Origin: Oscillospiraceae bacterium
GTDB taxonomy: Bacteria > Bacillota > Clostridia > Oscillospirales > Ruminococcaceae
DNA length: 64,000 nt
Assembly (NCBI GenBank): GCA_015067175.1
Contig: SVMX01000008.1
Coordinates: 1,888 to 65,887 of the forward strand
Reading direction: 5' to 3'
The notes under the pieces: generated by a model
Database searches by the model: none
What the model saw: the letters and a program-made list of their open reading frames with translations, nothing else
Told to the model about the DNA's origin: nothing
Position numbers and translations under genes: made by a program
Shown here: piece by piece, positions 1 to 10,943 of the stretch
How the letters are laid out: the number at the start of each line of letters is the position of its first letter
How positions within the stretch are numbered: position 1 is the stretch's first letter

Positions 1-2
1 CA

Positions 3-980
3 AGAATTGCTGCGGCGCTGCTCGCCGCTATGTCGCTTTCAGGCTGCTACTTCTTCCCCGCCGAAGAAGAGCTTTTAGAGCCGCCGACTGTCCCTATAGA
101 GGAGATAGCATATTCCACCTACACCGCAAAAGTAAAACCCATCGCAAACCAGACTATGGCTTCGGGACATATCACAAGCAAGTCAGAGTATGAATGTAGT
201 TTTACAGAAAGCGGCGGCACACTGAAAAAGGTTTATGTCACCGCAGGTCAGTTTGTGGAGGAGGGCGACCTTCTTGCAGAGCTTGATACAGGAAACCTTG
301 AGTATCTCTACGAGCAGCAAAAGCTCATCACCGAAAAAGCTCGTCTTACATACCTTTCAACGGGCAGCTCCTCGGACAAACTGGACTATGAGATGGAGCA
401 AAACACTCTCGAGGAATACGAACGCCGAATGAATGTTTCTCACCTGTATGCCGGAATGGCAGGTCAGGTGTGCTTTATCCAGGATATGAAGCCCGGCGAT
501 AAGATAACCGCCTATAAAACCATAGTGAAAATAGTAGACCCCACACAGCTTTTTGTAAAATACACCTCCTCAACACTGAGAGCATTCCCGCTGGAGCAGG
601 AGGTCACCATAACAGTTGACGGCATGGATTATGTGGGATATGTCTCCAAAACTCCCTCTGCTGTCATCGAGGGACTTTACGAGAGCAACGAAACTCTCGC
701 TTCCGACAAGGAATCCATATTCTGCGAGTTCAAAGGAGATATCCCCGGATATCTCACCATTGGCAAGCTCGCCGATATACTCGCTGTCTATGAGGTACAT
801 GAAAACGCCGTTGTTATCCCCAAAAACCTCGTAAAAGAAGACGGCGACCGCACCTATGTGACGATACTTGATGAAAACGACGCAAAAAAAGAAGTCGATG
901 TAACCATCGGAATAACTAACGCCACCGAGGCCGAGATACTCACAGGGCTTAGCGAGGGCGACCGCGTTGTGGTACGCTGA
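3..980 (+). CDS. Lipoprotein membrane-fusion/adaptor subunit (MacA/HlyD-like), 5'-truncated by the window edge
   Basis: Frame is open from nt 3 (RIAAALLAAMSLSGC, lipobox LSGC). Barrel-sandwich motif VYVTAGQFVEEGDLLAELD and C-terminal AEILTGLSEGDRVV are typical of MFP adaptors. Confidence 0.8.
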   Translation, partial: RIAAALLAAMSLSGCYFFPAEEELLEPPTVPIEEIAYSTYTAKVKPIANQTMASGHITSKSEYECSFTESGGTLKKVYVTAGQFVEEGDLLAELDTGNLEYLYEQQKLITEKARLTYLSTGSSSDKLDYEMEQNTLEEYERRMNVSHLYAGMAGQVCFIQDMKPGDKITAYKTIVKIVDPTQLFVKYTSSTLRAFPLEQEVTITVDGMDYVGYVSKTPSAVIEGLYESNETLASDKESIFCEFKGDIPGYLTIGKLADILAVYEVHENAVVIPKNLVKEDGDRTYVTILDENDAKKEVDVTIGITNATEAEILTGLSEGDRVVVR

Positions 981-1024
981 CGCACCAACAACACTGCAAC
1001 ACTGAATTATATCGGAGGTACGGT

Positions 1025-3814
1025 TTGTTAACACTTCTATTAAGAAAAATGCGCAATACCAAATGGATGGTGCTGTGCCTTTTCATAGGATTTTTACTTG
1101 CTGCAGGCATGATGAGCACCGTTCCTATTTACATGGACGCCTCTCTGCAGCGTATCCTTATAAAGGATATGCAAGAATATCAGTCCGAAACAGGACTTTA
1201 TCCCGGCGAATATATCGTCACCGCCTCACCTCAAATGAAGGCAGACTACGACGAGCGCCTTGCAACTGTCGAAACTCTGACTTCCCTTGTAGAACAGCGC
1301 ACAAACGCAATAGATATCCCTCAGGCAAACAGCAAAACTATCCTTTATGACAACTATGTTTATCTGTTCAGCGCTTCCAACACACGCGTCAAGATGATGG
1401 CGATGGATAATGTCGAGGAGCATATAAACATCATCGAGGGAAGAATGTATAACCCAGGCAGAGCCGCCAACGGCAGCTACGAGGTCATCTGCAACTCCGA
1501 ATGTATGAAAGTGCTCGACGTAGTATGCGGCGAGACCTACAACATACAAAACAGCTTTTACAGCAAGACCGAGCCGCTCGCTGTGACTATCGTCGGCGTT
1601 TTTGAGCAGTCAAGCGAGAATGACAGCTATTGGTCGGAAACGATGGATCCCTATCTCAACGCGCTGATAATGGACTATGACACATTCCTCACAGATTATC
1701 TGAATACGGGCACTACAGTGCTTTCGGATATCTCTGCAAGATATGCGTTCGATTATCAGCACATGGACCTCAACGCTCTCGGAAACGTCACAAAGAGCAT
1801 TGAACAGGATTTTGAGATATACCCCTCCTACGGATTCAGATTTTCGATGGGTATATATGATATTCTGACAGAATACGCTGTCCGTGCGGAAAGCCTGAAA
1901 TCCATGCTGTGGATACTTCAGATACCTACTATAGTAATGCTCGCGTTCTATCTTTTCATGGTATCTCAGCTTAACGTAGAACAGGAAAAGAACGAGATAG
2001 CCGTGTTCAAGAGCCGCGGCGCCTCTTCAAAGCAGATATTCGGAATTTACGCCATGGAAGCGGGACTTCTGGGATTGGCAACGCTTATAATCGCTCCGTT
2101 TATCGGACTTTGCCTGTGCAGCTTCCTCGGAGTTTCCAACGGCTTCCTTGAATTTGTAAACAGAACAGGACTTGCCGCTCAGCTCAGCCTTGACGCTGTT
2201 ATCTATGCGCTGATGGCGATAATTATGTTCTTCCTCACCACCATGGTGCCCATAATCCCTGCGTCCAAGCTCTCTATCGTAAAATATAAGCAAAGCAAGG
2301 CAAAGGTAGTAAAAATGGCGCTGTGGGAGAAGATATGCGTTGATATCCTCCTGCTCGGCGGCTCGCTCGCATGGTACTATTTCACCGCGAAGTCGATAGC
2401 CGCACAGTTCGAGGACGGCACATTCGTTTCCGACGGCGGAATAAACCCGATGTACTTTATATTCTCCACCATGTTCATACTTGGTGCGGGACTGCTTTTC
2501 ATAAGGCTCTACCCACACCTGCTGAAGCTTGTTTACCATCTTGGCAGCCGTATATGGAGCGCCTCACAGTACATAGCAATAACCGCGGTAGCTCGTTCAC
2601 AGGGCGGCAAAGAGCGCTTCCTTATGCTGTTTTTGGTTATAACCTTCGGACTCGGCATATTCTCCGCCAATACCGCAAGAGCTATCAACAACAGCAAATC
2701 CGACCGCATATACTACAACACAGGCACAGATATCGTGCTTGACGCGTTTTGGCGTTTAGAGTCTGTAGAAGATGACACAAGCTACGTCGAGCCTGATTTC
2801 TCACAGTATGAGCAGCTCAGCGGCGTAGAAAGCGCCACAAAGGTGCTCACCACTGACGTTTCCACCGCTGTAGGAGGAACAAAGAGCAAGATACAAAGCA
2901 CACTCATGTGCATAGAGCCGGGCAAATTCTCAAAAACCGCATGGTTCAGAGATGACCTGCTGCCCGTTCATTGGTGGAATTACTGCAATGCTCTCTATGA
3001 GTGCCAGTCGGGCGTGCTCGCTTCCCGTTCGTGGGAGGCAAAAGGCGTTCAGCTCGGTGACACCATAACCGTAAACTGGGGCGGCAACGACTCCGTACAG
3101 CTCACCGTTATCGCTTTCGTGGACTATTGGCCGAGCCTTGACCCTAACGAAACCGTAGTCGTAAACGAGCGCACAGGTGAGACTGCCACAAAGGATTTCC
3201 TTGTATGCAACTATAACTATATTAGAAAGCTTGTCGAGTTCCAGCCTTATCGCATTTGGCTGAAGCTTGCCGATGACGCTACCAGCGAGCAGCTTTATGC
3301 GGATATCGCCGCAAAGAACATCAAGCTGCAATATGTGACCGACAGCTCACAGCTTCTTATCGAACAAAAGACCGACCCAGAGCTTCAAGGCATGAACGGC
3401 GCGCTTACTCTCGGTTTTGTGGTCATCATGCTTATGACAGTCATCGGCTTCCTTATCTACTGGATACTGTCGATACGATCGCGCACGCTGCAATTCGGCG
3501 TTCTTCGCGCAATGGGCGTTACATTCAAGGAGATAATCGCGACCCTCGGCTATGAGCAGCTTCTTGTCAGCGTTGCCTCTATCGCAGCAGGCTTCGTTGT
3601 CGGTGGAATGGCAAGCGACCTGTTCGTTCCGCTCTTCCGCACAATGTACGACGCGTCTAACCAGACCCCGCCGTTTATCGTTCAAGGCGACGGCGGCGAC
3701 TATATCAAGATGTATATCATCATCGGATTTATGCTGCTCGGCGGCTTCACCGTCCTCGGCGGTATAATCAGACGCATCAACATCAACAAGGCACTGAAGC
3801 TCGGCGAAGATTAA
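1025..3814 (+). CDS. FtsX/MacB-type ABC transporter permease (two FtsX repeats)
   Basis: Motifs EIAVFKSRGAS and QFGVLRAMG, multiple TM helices, large extracellular loops; follows the MFP gene. Confidence 0.85.
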   Translation: MLTLLLRKMRNTKWMVLCLFIGFLLAAGMMSTVPIYMDASLQRILIKDMQEYQSETGLYPGEYIVTASPQMKADYDERLATVETLTSLVEQRTNAIDIPQANSKTILYDNYVYLFSASNTRVKMMAMDNVEEHINIIEGRMYNPGRAANGSYEVICNSECMKVLDVVCGETYNIQNSFYSKTEPLAVTIVGVFEQSSENDSYWSETMDPYLNALIMDYDTFLTDYLNTGTTVLSDISARYAFDYQHMDLNALGNVTKSIEQDFEIYPSYGFRFSMGIYDILTEYAVRAESLKSMLWILQIPTIVMLAFYLFMVSQLNVEQEKNEIAVFKSRGASSKQIFGIYAMEAGLLGLATLIIAPFIGLCLCSFLGVSNGFLEFVNRTGLAAQLSLDAVIYALMAIIMFFLTTMVPIIPASKLSIVKYKQSKAKVVKMALWEKICVDILLLGGSLAWYYFTAKSIAAQFEDGTFVSDGGINPMYFIFSTMFILGAGLLFIRLYPHLLKLVYHLGSRIWSASQYIAITAVARSQGGKERFLMLFLVITFGLGIFSANTARAINNSKSDRIYYNTGTDIVLDAFWRLESVEDDTSYVEPDFSQYEQLSGVESATKVLTTDVSTAVGGTKSKIQSTLMCIEPGKFSKTAWFRDDLLPVHWWNYCNALYECQSGVLASRSWEAKGVQLGDTITVNWGGNDSVQLTVIAFVDYWPSLDPNETVVVNERTGETATKDFLVCNYNYIRKLVEFQPYRIWLKLADDATSEQLYADIAAKNIKLQYVTDSSQLLIEQKTDPELQGMNGALTLGFVVIMLMTVIGFLIYWILSIRSRTLQFGVLRAMGVTFKEIIATLGYEQLLVSVASIAAGFVVGGMASDLFVPLFRTMYDASNQTPPFIVQGDGGDYIKMYIIIGFMLLGGFTVLGGIIRRININKALKLGED

Positions 3815-3824
3815 TAACATTAAA

Positions 3825-3860
3825 AGAAAGGGACGCTTAAACCCGAAAGCGTCCCTTTCT
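3825..3860 (+). terminator. Hairpin after the permease gene
   Basis: AGAAAGGGACGCTT ... AAGCGTCCCTTTCT inverted repeat. Confidence 0.6.
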
Positions 3861-3889
3861 ATGGCAACTAATAAAGAACGGAGGCAAAA

Positions 3890-4393
3890 ATGAAAACACT
3901 CCTTACAATCATCTTGTCCTTTCTGATGTCGGGGTTTTCGGGCGAACAGACAGAAGCTGCCGACCATTACCGCCGCGAATACGAAACCAGTCAGACTTTA
4001 TTAGGAATATTGGATATGGTTTGCAATGACGATGGCACCTACCTATACAATTTTGGAGGGGTCGTACATGAAGAAGCCAAAGGAAAAACAATATACACCA
4101 TAAGGATAACGAACGACGACACCTCGCCTTATGAGAATATACTTGCTGCCTATGACGAAGTGCAGTTTGAGCAAGTCGAATACTCTCTCAATGAACTCGA
4201 AGTCATCGGAAACGTATTTATCGCCGCTCACCCCGAAATGGCGGAGCATATGACCCTCATTGTGCCTTTTGAGGGCAATATTGCACATATTGATGTAACA
4301 AAACTGGACGCCGACACACTGATACAGTTTGAATCGGATATGGAAGGTCTGCCTTTATCTACGATTAGCGGGGTATATCCTTCAGTAGCATAA
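3890..4393 (+). CDS. Hypothetical exported protein
   Basis: GGAGG RBS, N-terminal signal-like segment, acidic body; no family recognised. Confidence 0.6.
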   Translation: MKTLLTIILSFLMSGFSGEQTEAADHYRREYETSQTLLGILDMVCNDDGTYLYNFGGVVHEEAKGKTIYTIRITNDDTSPYENILAAYDEVQFEQVEYSLNELEVIGNVFIAAHPEMAEHMTLIVPFEGNIAHIDVTKLDADTLIQFESDMEGLPLSTISGVYPSVA

Positions 4394-4407
4394 CATTTCA
4401 ACTAAAA

Positions 4408-4432
4408 TCTCCCCGTCCATCGGACGGGGAGA
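4408..4432. terminator. Bidirectional terminator between convergent genes
   Basis: TCTCCCCGTCC-ATC-GGACGGGGAGA with A/T flanks. Confidence 0.7.
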
Positions 4433-4461
4433 AGTTTTATGCTGTTTTGTAATCTCGATGA

Positions 4462-6312
4462 TTATTTGTTAATACGAGCCTCAAGCTTATCAAGCTCTTC
4501 CCACAGCTCTGCAGGAATCTTGCCGCCCTTTGCAGCGATGTCGTCGTTGTAGTAACGGCGCATCTCAGCGATCTCCTTGGTCCAGAGGTCCTTATCAACT
4601 GCAAGCAGCATATCCTCGATCTCGGGAGTGATCTCGTCTTCGATACCTGTAAAGTTGATGTCGCCCTTCTTGGGGAGGTAGCCGATAGCTGTTTCCTCAG
4701 CGTCAACAGCGCCCTCGCATCTCTTGATGATCCAGTCGAGAACACGCATATTGTCACCGAATCCGGGCCAGATGAAGTTGCCGTTCTCGTCCTGCTTGAA
4801 CCAGTTAACGTTGAAGATCTTGGGAGCCTTGTCGCCAAGCTTCTTGCCCATTTCGATCCAGTGTGCCCAGTAGTCGCCTACGTTGTAGCCGATAAAGGGC
4901 TTCATAGCCATGGGATCGTGACGGAGAACGCCTACTGCGCCTGTTGCAGCAGCAGTTGTTTCAGAAGAAACAGCGGAGCCCATATATGTGCCGTGGTTCC
5001 AGTCAAAGGACTGATATACCAGAGGAGTTGTGGAAGCACGTCTGCCGCCGAAGATGATAGCAGAAACGGGAACACCCTGAGGATTGTCGAACTCAGGCGA
5101 CAGGCAGGGGCAGTTCTTTGCGGGAGCTGTAAATCTGGAGTTGGGGTGAGCGAGCTTCTGGGGCTTGCCGTCCTCTGCAATTACAGATGTGTACTCAACA
5201 CCGTTTACCTTAGCGCCCTTCCACTCTGTTGCGTTAACAGGAGGATTCTTGTCAAGGCTCTCCCACCAAACTGTCATATCGTCATTGTTGATAGCAACGT
5301 TTGTGAAGATTGTATCCTTCTTTGTGCACTCGAGAGCGTTGAAGTTGGACTTTGCGTTTGTACCGGGAGCAACGCCGAAGAAGCCGTTCTCGGGGTTGAT
5401 AGCGTAAAGTCTGCCGTCGGGGCCGGGCTTCATCCAAGCGATATCATCGCCTACTGTGAATACCTTGTAGCCCTTCTCTGTGTAGCAAGCGGGAGGAATG
5501 AGCATTGCGAGGTTTGTCTTACCGCAAGCGGAGGGGAATGCAGCTGTAACGTACTTAACATCGCCGTCAGGCTTCTGAACGCCGAGGATAAGCATATGCT
5601 CAGCCATCCAGCCTTCCTTCCAGCCCTGGTAGGAAGCGATACGCAGTGCGAAGCACTTCTTGCCCAGCAGAACGTTGCCGCCGTAAGCAGAGTTTACGGA
5701 CCAGATAGCATTGTCCTCGGGGAACTGAACGATATATCTCTTCTCGGGATCAACGTCAGCCTTGGAGTGCAGGCAGCGAACAAAGTCGTTGGACTCTGTG
5801 CCGAAGCAATCCAGAACTTCCTTGCCCATTCTTGTCATGATGTTCATGTTAAGAACAACGTAGATAGAGTCTGTGATCTCAACACCTACCTTAGCGATGG
5901 GAGAACCGATGGGGCCCATGGAGTAGGGGATGATATACATTGTTCTGCCCTTCATAACGCCATCGTACAGGGGAGTCAGCTTAGCATACATCTCCTTGGG
6001 GTCCATCCAGTTGTTTGTAGGACCTGCGTTCTCCTTCTCTCTGGAGCAGATGAATGTTCTGTCCTCTACACGAGCAACGTCGTTGGGGAGAGTTCTGTGG
6101 TACAGACAGCCGGGGAGCTTCTCCTCGTTAAGACGGCACATAGCGTCCTTGTGGTCAGAGGGAAGAGCGCATACCTCTGCTGTAAGCTCGTCGAGCTGCT
6201 CCTTGGAGCCGTCGATCCATACAACGGAATCGGGCTTGCAAAGGGCGATCATCTCGTCAACCCACTTGGTAATGTTGGGGTTCTGTGTTAAAACACCGGG
6301 ATTTCTTGCCAT
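4462..6312 (-). CDS. pckG: Phosphoenolpyruvate carboxykinase (GTP)
   Basis: DVARVE, GKKCFALRIAS, AFPSACGKTNLAM, VGDDIAW, HPNSRF motifs. Confidence 0.97.
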   Translation of the reverse strand: MARNPGVLTQNPNITKWVDEMIALCKPDSVVWIDGSKEQLDELTAEVCALPSDHKDAMCRLNEEKLPGCLYHRTLPNDVARVEDRTFICSREKENAGPTNNWMDPKEMYAKLTPLYDGVMKGRTMYIIPYSMGPIGSPIAKVGVEITDSIYVVLNMNIMTRMGKEVLDCFGTESNDFVRCLHSKADVDPEKRYIVQFPEDNAIWSVNSAYGGNVLLGKKCFALRIASYQGWKEGWMAEHMLILGVQKPDGDVKYVTAAFPSACGKTNLAMLIPPACYTEKGYKVFTVGDDIAWMKPGPDGRLYAINPENGFFGVAPGTNAKSNFNALECTKKDTIFTNVAINNDDMTVWWESLDKNPPVNATEWKGAKVNGVEYTSVIAEDGKPQKLAHPNSRFTAPAKNCPCLSPEFDNPQGVPVSAIIFGGRRASTTPLVYQSFDWNHGTYMGSAVSSETTAAATGAVGVLRHDPMAMKPFIGYNVGDYWAHWIEMGKKLGDKAPKIFNVNWFKQDENGNFIWPGFGDNMRVLDWIIKRCEGAVDAEETAIGYLPKKGDINFTGIEDEITPEIEDMLLAVDKDLWTKEIAEMRRYYNDDIAAKGGKIPAELWEELDKLEARINK

Positions 6313-6529
6313 AATGTTTTATCTCCTTTGTTAATAATATTGTACTTAGTCATGAGAAAGTTCCGTATCGCTATCTGTGCGAAAAAACATTCTCCACATA
6401 TAACATTATACATTATATTTTGCAATAAGTCAATAATAATTCCTGTGTTTTACGGCAATTATTTTCTGTGGAATATACAAGATACGGTAATTATTTGTGT
6501 TAATAATGCCAAATAAAAAGCACGGTATC

Positions 6530-6558
6530 TTGACTTGCATTGGCATATAGTGTATAAT
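6530..6558 (+). promoter_or_regulatory. Sigma-A promoter for the SMI1/KNR4 gene
   Basis: TTGACT-17 nt-TATAAT, followed by GAGGAGG RBS. Confidence 0.7.
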
Positions 6559-6595
6559 TGATATAGCAAACGATTTTTAGTGAGGAGGATCTGCC

Positions 6596-7027
6596 ATGTA
6601 CATACCAGAGATACCCGACAACAGCTTGACAGAAGAGATCAAGGAGATTGTAAAACTCTGCATTGATCTTGACGAGATTGATGGTTCAGCATTTTCTCCT
6701 CCAGCCACAGAAAGCGAAATCGAAGAATGGGAAAATGCGACTGGCATTCATATTCCTGATTCATTTAAAGAGTGGCTGCACTTTTCAAAATGCTCCTGCA
6801 TTTTTGGGGAATTAGCTTGTTTCTATATTCCTGAAAAAATGTACAAAAGCGAATTTGTTCCGGAGGGGTATGTGATTATTGGAGATTTAATCGGCGATGG
6901 AGAAAAATTATGTTTTTCTATATCTACAGGCAAAATATGCAGATTTAATCACGGCAGAATGATTGAATTTGATAGTTTTAAAAATATATTGTTATGGACG
7001 ATAGAAATGTTAAATAATTACAGATAA
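6596..7027 (+). CDS. SMI1/KNR4 (SUKH) family protein
   Basis: PPATESEIEEWENATGIHIPDSFKEWL N-terminal signature, IG..GDG..LC, terminal SFKNIL; AT-rich. Confidence 0.85.
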   Translation: MYIPEIPDNSLTEEIKEIVKLCIDLDEIDGSAFSPPATESEIEEWENATGIHIPDSFKEWLHFSKCSCIFGELACFYIPEKMYKSEFVPEGYVIIGDLIGDGEKLCFSISTGKICRFNHGRMIEFDSFKNILLWTIEMLNNYR

Positions 7028-7067
7028 GCAAAACACCCGAGAAGCCATACTTCTCGGGTGTTTTGCT
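7027..7067. terminator. Bidirectional terminator
   Basis: AGCAAAACACCCGAGAAG / CTTCTCGGGTGTTTTGCT perfect inverted repeat. Confidence 0.8.
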
Positions 7068-7069
7068 GT

Positions 7070-8101
7070 TTATGTTCTGTCGCACGATGTTTCTGTCTTT
7101 TGAGCTATAGGGTCAGCACCGCTGTATATCCTCGCAAGCTGCTCTCCCACTCTTTTTATCTCCTTGTCCTCAACTGCCGCTCTGCCGTTTTCGCCGAGTG
7201 CTTCAAGCGTGCTGTCCGTGATACCGCGTATCAACCCCATGAAATCCGCTTTATCCTTTGCCTTGTAGCAACTGCGGCCGCCCTCGAGCCACTCAAAAAC
7301 AGGAATATCCCTCACTATAACATTTGCCTTTGCTGCAAGCGCCTCAAGTAGCACGATACCCTCCGTTTCCTCGAAAGTAGGGAATATATACACATCACAG
7401 CCTACATACGCCTGTTTAAGCTCCTCAGGCTGCACATATCCCGCAAAAATAAGATTTGGCAGCTTTGTTTTCACTGCCTTGCGTATCTTGTGAGGTACGC
7501 TCCACAGCGGAGTTTTTCCGAACCATATAAATTTGTGGTCGGGCATTTCGCGCGCCATCTCCACAAAATCCAGTATTCCCTTGCGCTCAAAATAAAGACC
7601 TACGGAAATCACCACCTTATCCTCATCGGATAATCCGTATCTCTCCCTGAACGCCTCGCGGTCTCCCGCTTTCGGGCTGTACATATTCAGGTCTATGCCG
7701 TTAGACACCGCATATATCGGCTGAGTAACCCCATAACCGCGTATCAGCCGTTTTGAATATTCCGTCGGTGTAACTATCACAGTACCCTGCTTGTAGCAGG
7801 AGCATATCCACTTTTTGAAAATGCGCGATATCAGATTTGAGCAAATAAAAGAATTGCGGAAATCCTCCTCGGTAGAATGTGCATGATATATCACACGCTT
7901 CCCCGCCCTGCGCGCTTTTTTTGCAAGATGTTTTGATTTCAGCCCCAGCGTGTTGATGTGTACTGTATCATAGTCGTCCCTGGGGTCAAGCGTATATTTT
8001 ATCCCGTTCATTGACAGCGCTTTCTGCTGGTGCATTATCGCACGGCCAAGCCCCGATATTTTTATCAGTTTCATTCCCTCCGAATAAAGCAGCACCTTCA
8101 T
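7070..8101 (-). CDS. GT4 glycosyltransferase, CpoA-like glycolipid synthase
   Basis: SGLGRA, HAHSTEEDFRNSF, EETEGIVLLEA (EX7E) motifs. Confidence 0.8.
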   Translation of the reverse strand: MKVLLYSEGMKLIKISGLGRAIMHQQKALSMNGIKYTLDPRDDYDTVHINTLGLKSKHLAKKARRAGKRVIYHAHSTEEDFRNSFICSNLISRIFKKWICSCYKQGTVIVTPTEYSKRLIRGYGVTQPIYAVSNGIDLNMYSPKAGDREAFRERYGLSDEDKVVISVGLYFERKGILDFVEMAREMPDHKFIWFGKTPLWSVPHKIRKAVKTKLPNLIFAGYVQPEELKQAYVGCDVYIFPTFEETEGIVLLEALAAKANVIVRDIPVFEWLEGGRSCYKAKDKADFMGLIRGITDSTLEALGENGRAAVEDKEIKRVGEQLARIYSGADPIAQKTETSCDRT

Positions 8102-8254
8102 TTTATCTCCTCCTTGAATGCCGAAATTTGTCTGCTTTATTCATTATAGCAAATAGCTATAGCTAATTGCAATAGTAATACTATCCAAAAGATAGTATTA
8201 AATTATAGCTATTAGCTATAAAATATAGTTATAACAAAACTGGGAGAGTGAAAT

Positions 8255-8566
8255 ATGGAGCTGAAAGATATAGGCGGCAGAATAAAAGCCGAAAGGAAAA
8301 ATCTGCACATTTCGCAAGAGAAATTGGCGGAACTGGTCAATGTATCGCCGCATTATATCTACGAGATAGAGCGCGGAATGAAAGCTATGTCCCTTGAAAC
8401 TCTTATAAATCTGTCAGAAGCACTAAAACTTCCGACAGATTACATTCTTTTCGGAGAAAAGGACAGTGAGCGCCGCGGCTTATACGACAAGCTAAGCAGC
8501 ATGAGCGAGGAGCGCCGTGCCCGCGCCGAGGAAGCATTTGAGGCACTCTTACCCTACATCAAATAA
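8255..8566 (+). CDS. XRE-family HTH transcriptional regulator
   Basis: IGGRIKAERKNLHISQEKLAELVNVS...YEIERG. Confidence 0.9.
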   Translation: MELKDIGGRIKAERKNLHISQEKLAELVNVSPHYIYEIERGMKAMSLETLINLSEALKLPTDYILFGEKDSERRGLYDKLSSMSEERRARAEEAFEALLPYIK

Positions 8567-8615
8567 AAACATCCCGCAGCAAGCGCTTTTTCGCGACCGC
8601 TGCGGGTTTTATCCG

Positions 8616-9293
8616 TTATTTTTTATCCTTCGACTTACACAAATTCCTCAGCACACAGGCCTCGCACTGCGGTGCTCTCGCGCTGCATACTCCGCGCCCG
8701 TGCCACACAAGGCGGTGACAGAAATTAAGGCTCTCCGCGGGCGGAATTACCTCGCGAAGCTGCTTTTCAACCTTGCCTGCGTCCTTTGTATCGGACAGCC
8801 CGAGCCTGTTAGTAAGCCTTATAACGTGCGTATCGCAGACGTATGCGGGCTTGCCGTAGAGGTCGCCAACAATAAGATTTGCGGTCTTACGCCCCACGCC
8901 TGGCAGCTTTGTAAGCTCCTCGATGCTATCGGGGACTTTGCCGCCGTGTATGTCACGGAGCATTCTACACATCAGAACGATATCCTGAGCCTTTGTCTTA
9001 TACAGACCACAGGTGCGGACAAGCTCCTCGACCTCTGCGATATCCGCGTCAGCAAAAGCCTCCACTGTCGGGAATTTCTCAAACAGCGCGGGAGTTACCA
9101 TATTCACGCGCTTGTCGGTACACTGCGCGGAAAGCCGCGTCGCAATAAGTAGCTCATGCGGCTGGGTATATGTAAGCGCGCATTTTACCTCTGGGTATTC
9201 TTGTTTCAGCAGCGCTATTATTTCAACGCTTGCTTTTTTGCGGTCACGGCGCATAGCGGCTCCTTTCAAAATCCGTTTTTCTTTATGCTCCAA
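8616..9293 (-). CDS. nth: Endonuclease III
   Basis: LSAQCTDKRVN, HhH motif LPGVGRKTAN, DTHV, C-terminal CX6CX2CX5C. Confidence 0.95.
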   Translation of the reverse strand: MEHKEKRILKGAAMRRDRKKASVEIIALLKQEYPEVKCALTYTQPHELLIATRLSAQCTDKRVNMVTPALFEKFPTVEAFADADIAEVEELVRTCGLYKTKAQDIVLMCRMLRDIHGGKVPDSIEELTKLPGVGRKTANLIVGDLYGKPAYVCDTHVIRLTNRLGLSDTKDAGKVEKQLREVIPPAESLNFCHRLVWHGRGVCSARAPQCEACVLRNLCKSKDKK

Positions 9294-9550
9294 TTATACC
9301 GCCGCACGCAGAAAAAGTCAATCGGCAATATGAGGAAAGCTGCATTGTTAAGTAAATAATACAATTGCTTTTTGTTGAAATTGTCTATAAATTCAGCTTA
9401 AACTTCGTTATGATTGTCCAAAATTGACAGCTTGGCTTAAAACTTGTTGCAAAAAAATAAAATATAATATATAATAGAATTACATCATTAGAACGCGCAG
9501 CTTACAACATATATAAAACGTCTGCGCACCCGAAAGGAGAACACTCAACA

Positions 9551-10894
9551 ATGGGCATCAGATTTGATGACAAACACCTTGAAAGCTTTATTTCCGCACA
9601 CGAGCTGCAGAACATCGCTCCTCAGGTAAAGACCGCTCACGACCTGCTCGAATCAAAGACAGGCCCCGGCAATGATTTTCTCGGTTGGATGGATCTTCCC
9701 GTAAACTACGACAAGGAAGAATTCAGCCGCATAAAGAAAGCTGCCGAAAAGATCAAGGCTGACAGCGATGTGCTTATCGTTATCGGCATCGGCGGTTCCT
9801 ACCTCGGCGCAAGAGCCGTTATCGAGGCGATAAAGTCCACACTTTACAACAATCTTAAGAAGGATACACCCGAGATTTACTTCGTGGGCAACTCCATCAG
9901 CCCCACATATCTCAGCGAAGTCGTTTCTCTTATTGAGGGCAAGGATTTCTCGGTAAATATCATATCCAAGTCCGGCACAACAACAGAGCCCGCACTCGCT
10001 TTCCGCGTATTCCGCGACCTGCTTATCAAGCGCTACGGCGAAGAAGAAGCTAACAAGCGTATCTACGCTACGACCGACAAGGCAAAGGGCACTCTGAAAG
10101 AGCTTTCCGACAAGAAGGGCTACGAAACATTCGTTGTTCCCGATGATGTCGGCGGACGCTTCTCCGTACTTACAGCAGTTGGTCTGCTCCCCATTGCCTG
10201 CGCAGGCTGCGATATCGACGCTCTGATGAAGGGCGCAGCAGACGCTCGCACAGAATATTCTGTATGCGATCTCGAAAAGAACTCCTGCTACCGCTACGCA
10301 GCACTCAGAAATATACTCTATCGCAAGGGCATGAAAGCTGAGATGCTGGTTGCTTACGAAAACAGCTTCGCAATGATGAACGAGTGGTTCAAGCAGCTTT
10401 TCGGCGAGTCCGAGGGCAAGGACAACAAGGGTCTTTATCCCACATCTGCTGTATTCTCCACAGACCTGCACTCTCTCGGTCAGTTCATTCAGGACGGCTC
10501 CAAGATCCTGTTTGAGACCGTTATCCAGTTCGATAAGCCCCAGAAGGAGTTCTTCCTTGAGGACGAGCCCGATAACATCGACGGCCTTAACTTCCTGTCT
10601 AACCAGAATATGTCTGTCGTAAACAGAAAGGCATTCGAGGGCGTTGTTATCGCTCACACCGAGGGCGGAGTTCCCAACATGATACTTGAAGCTCCCCAGC
10701 TCGACGAGTACAATCTCGGCTACATCATCTATTTCTTTGAAAAAGCTTGTGCAATAAGCGGCTATCTGATGGGCGTAAATCCTTTCGATCAGCCCGGCGT
10801 TGAAAGCTACAAGAGAAATATGTTCGCACTGCTCGGCAAGCCCGGCTATGAGGCTGCAAAGGCAGAGCTTGAAGCAAAATTAGGCATTAATTAA
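9551..10894 (+). CDS. pgi: Glucose-6-phosphate isomerase
   Basis: [39 protein letters not shown]. Confidence 0.97.
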   Translation: MGIRFDDKHLESFISAHELQNIAPQVKTAHDLLESKTGPGNDFLGWMDLPVNYDKEEFSRIKKAAEKIKADSDVLIVIGIGGSYLGARAVIEAIKSTLYNNLKKDTPEIYFVGNSISPTYLSEVVSLIEGKDFSVNIISKSGTTTEPALAFRVFRDLLIKRYGEEEANKRIYATTDKAKGTLKELSDKKGYETFVVPDDVGGRFSVLTAVGLLPIACAGCDIDALMKGAADARTEYSVCDLEKNSCYRYAALRNILYRKGMKAEMLVAYENSFAMMNEWFKQLFGESEGKDNKGLYPTSAVFSTDLHSLGQFIQDGSKILFETVIQFDKPQKEFFLEDEPDNIDGLNFLSNQNMSVVNRKAFEGVVIAHTEGGVPNMILEAPQLDEYNLGYIIYFFEKACAISGYLMGVNPFDQPGVESYKRNMFALLGKPGYEAAKAELEAKLGIN

Positions 10895-10943
10895 GGTTAC
10901 ATTAAGCTCCTTAATTCAATATAAAAACACGGAGGTCACCACT

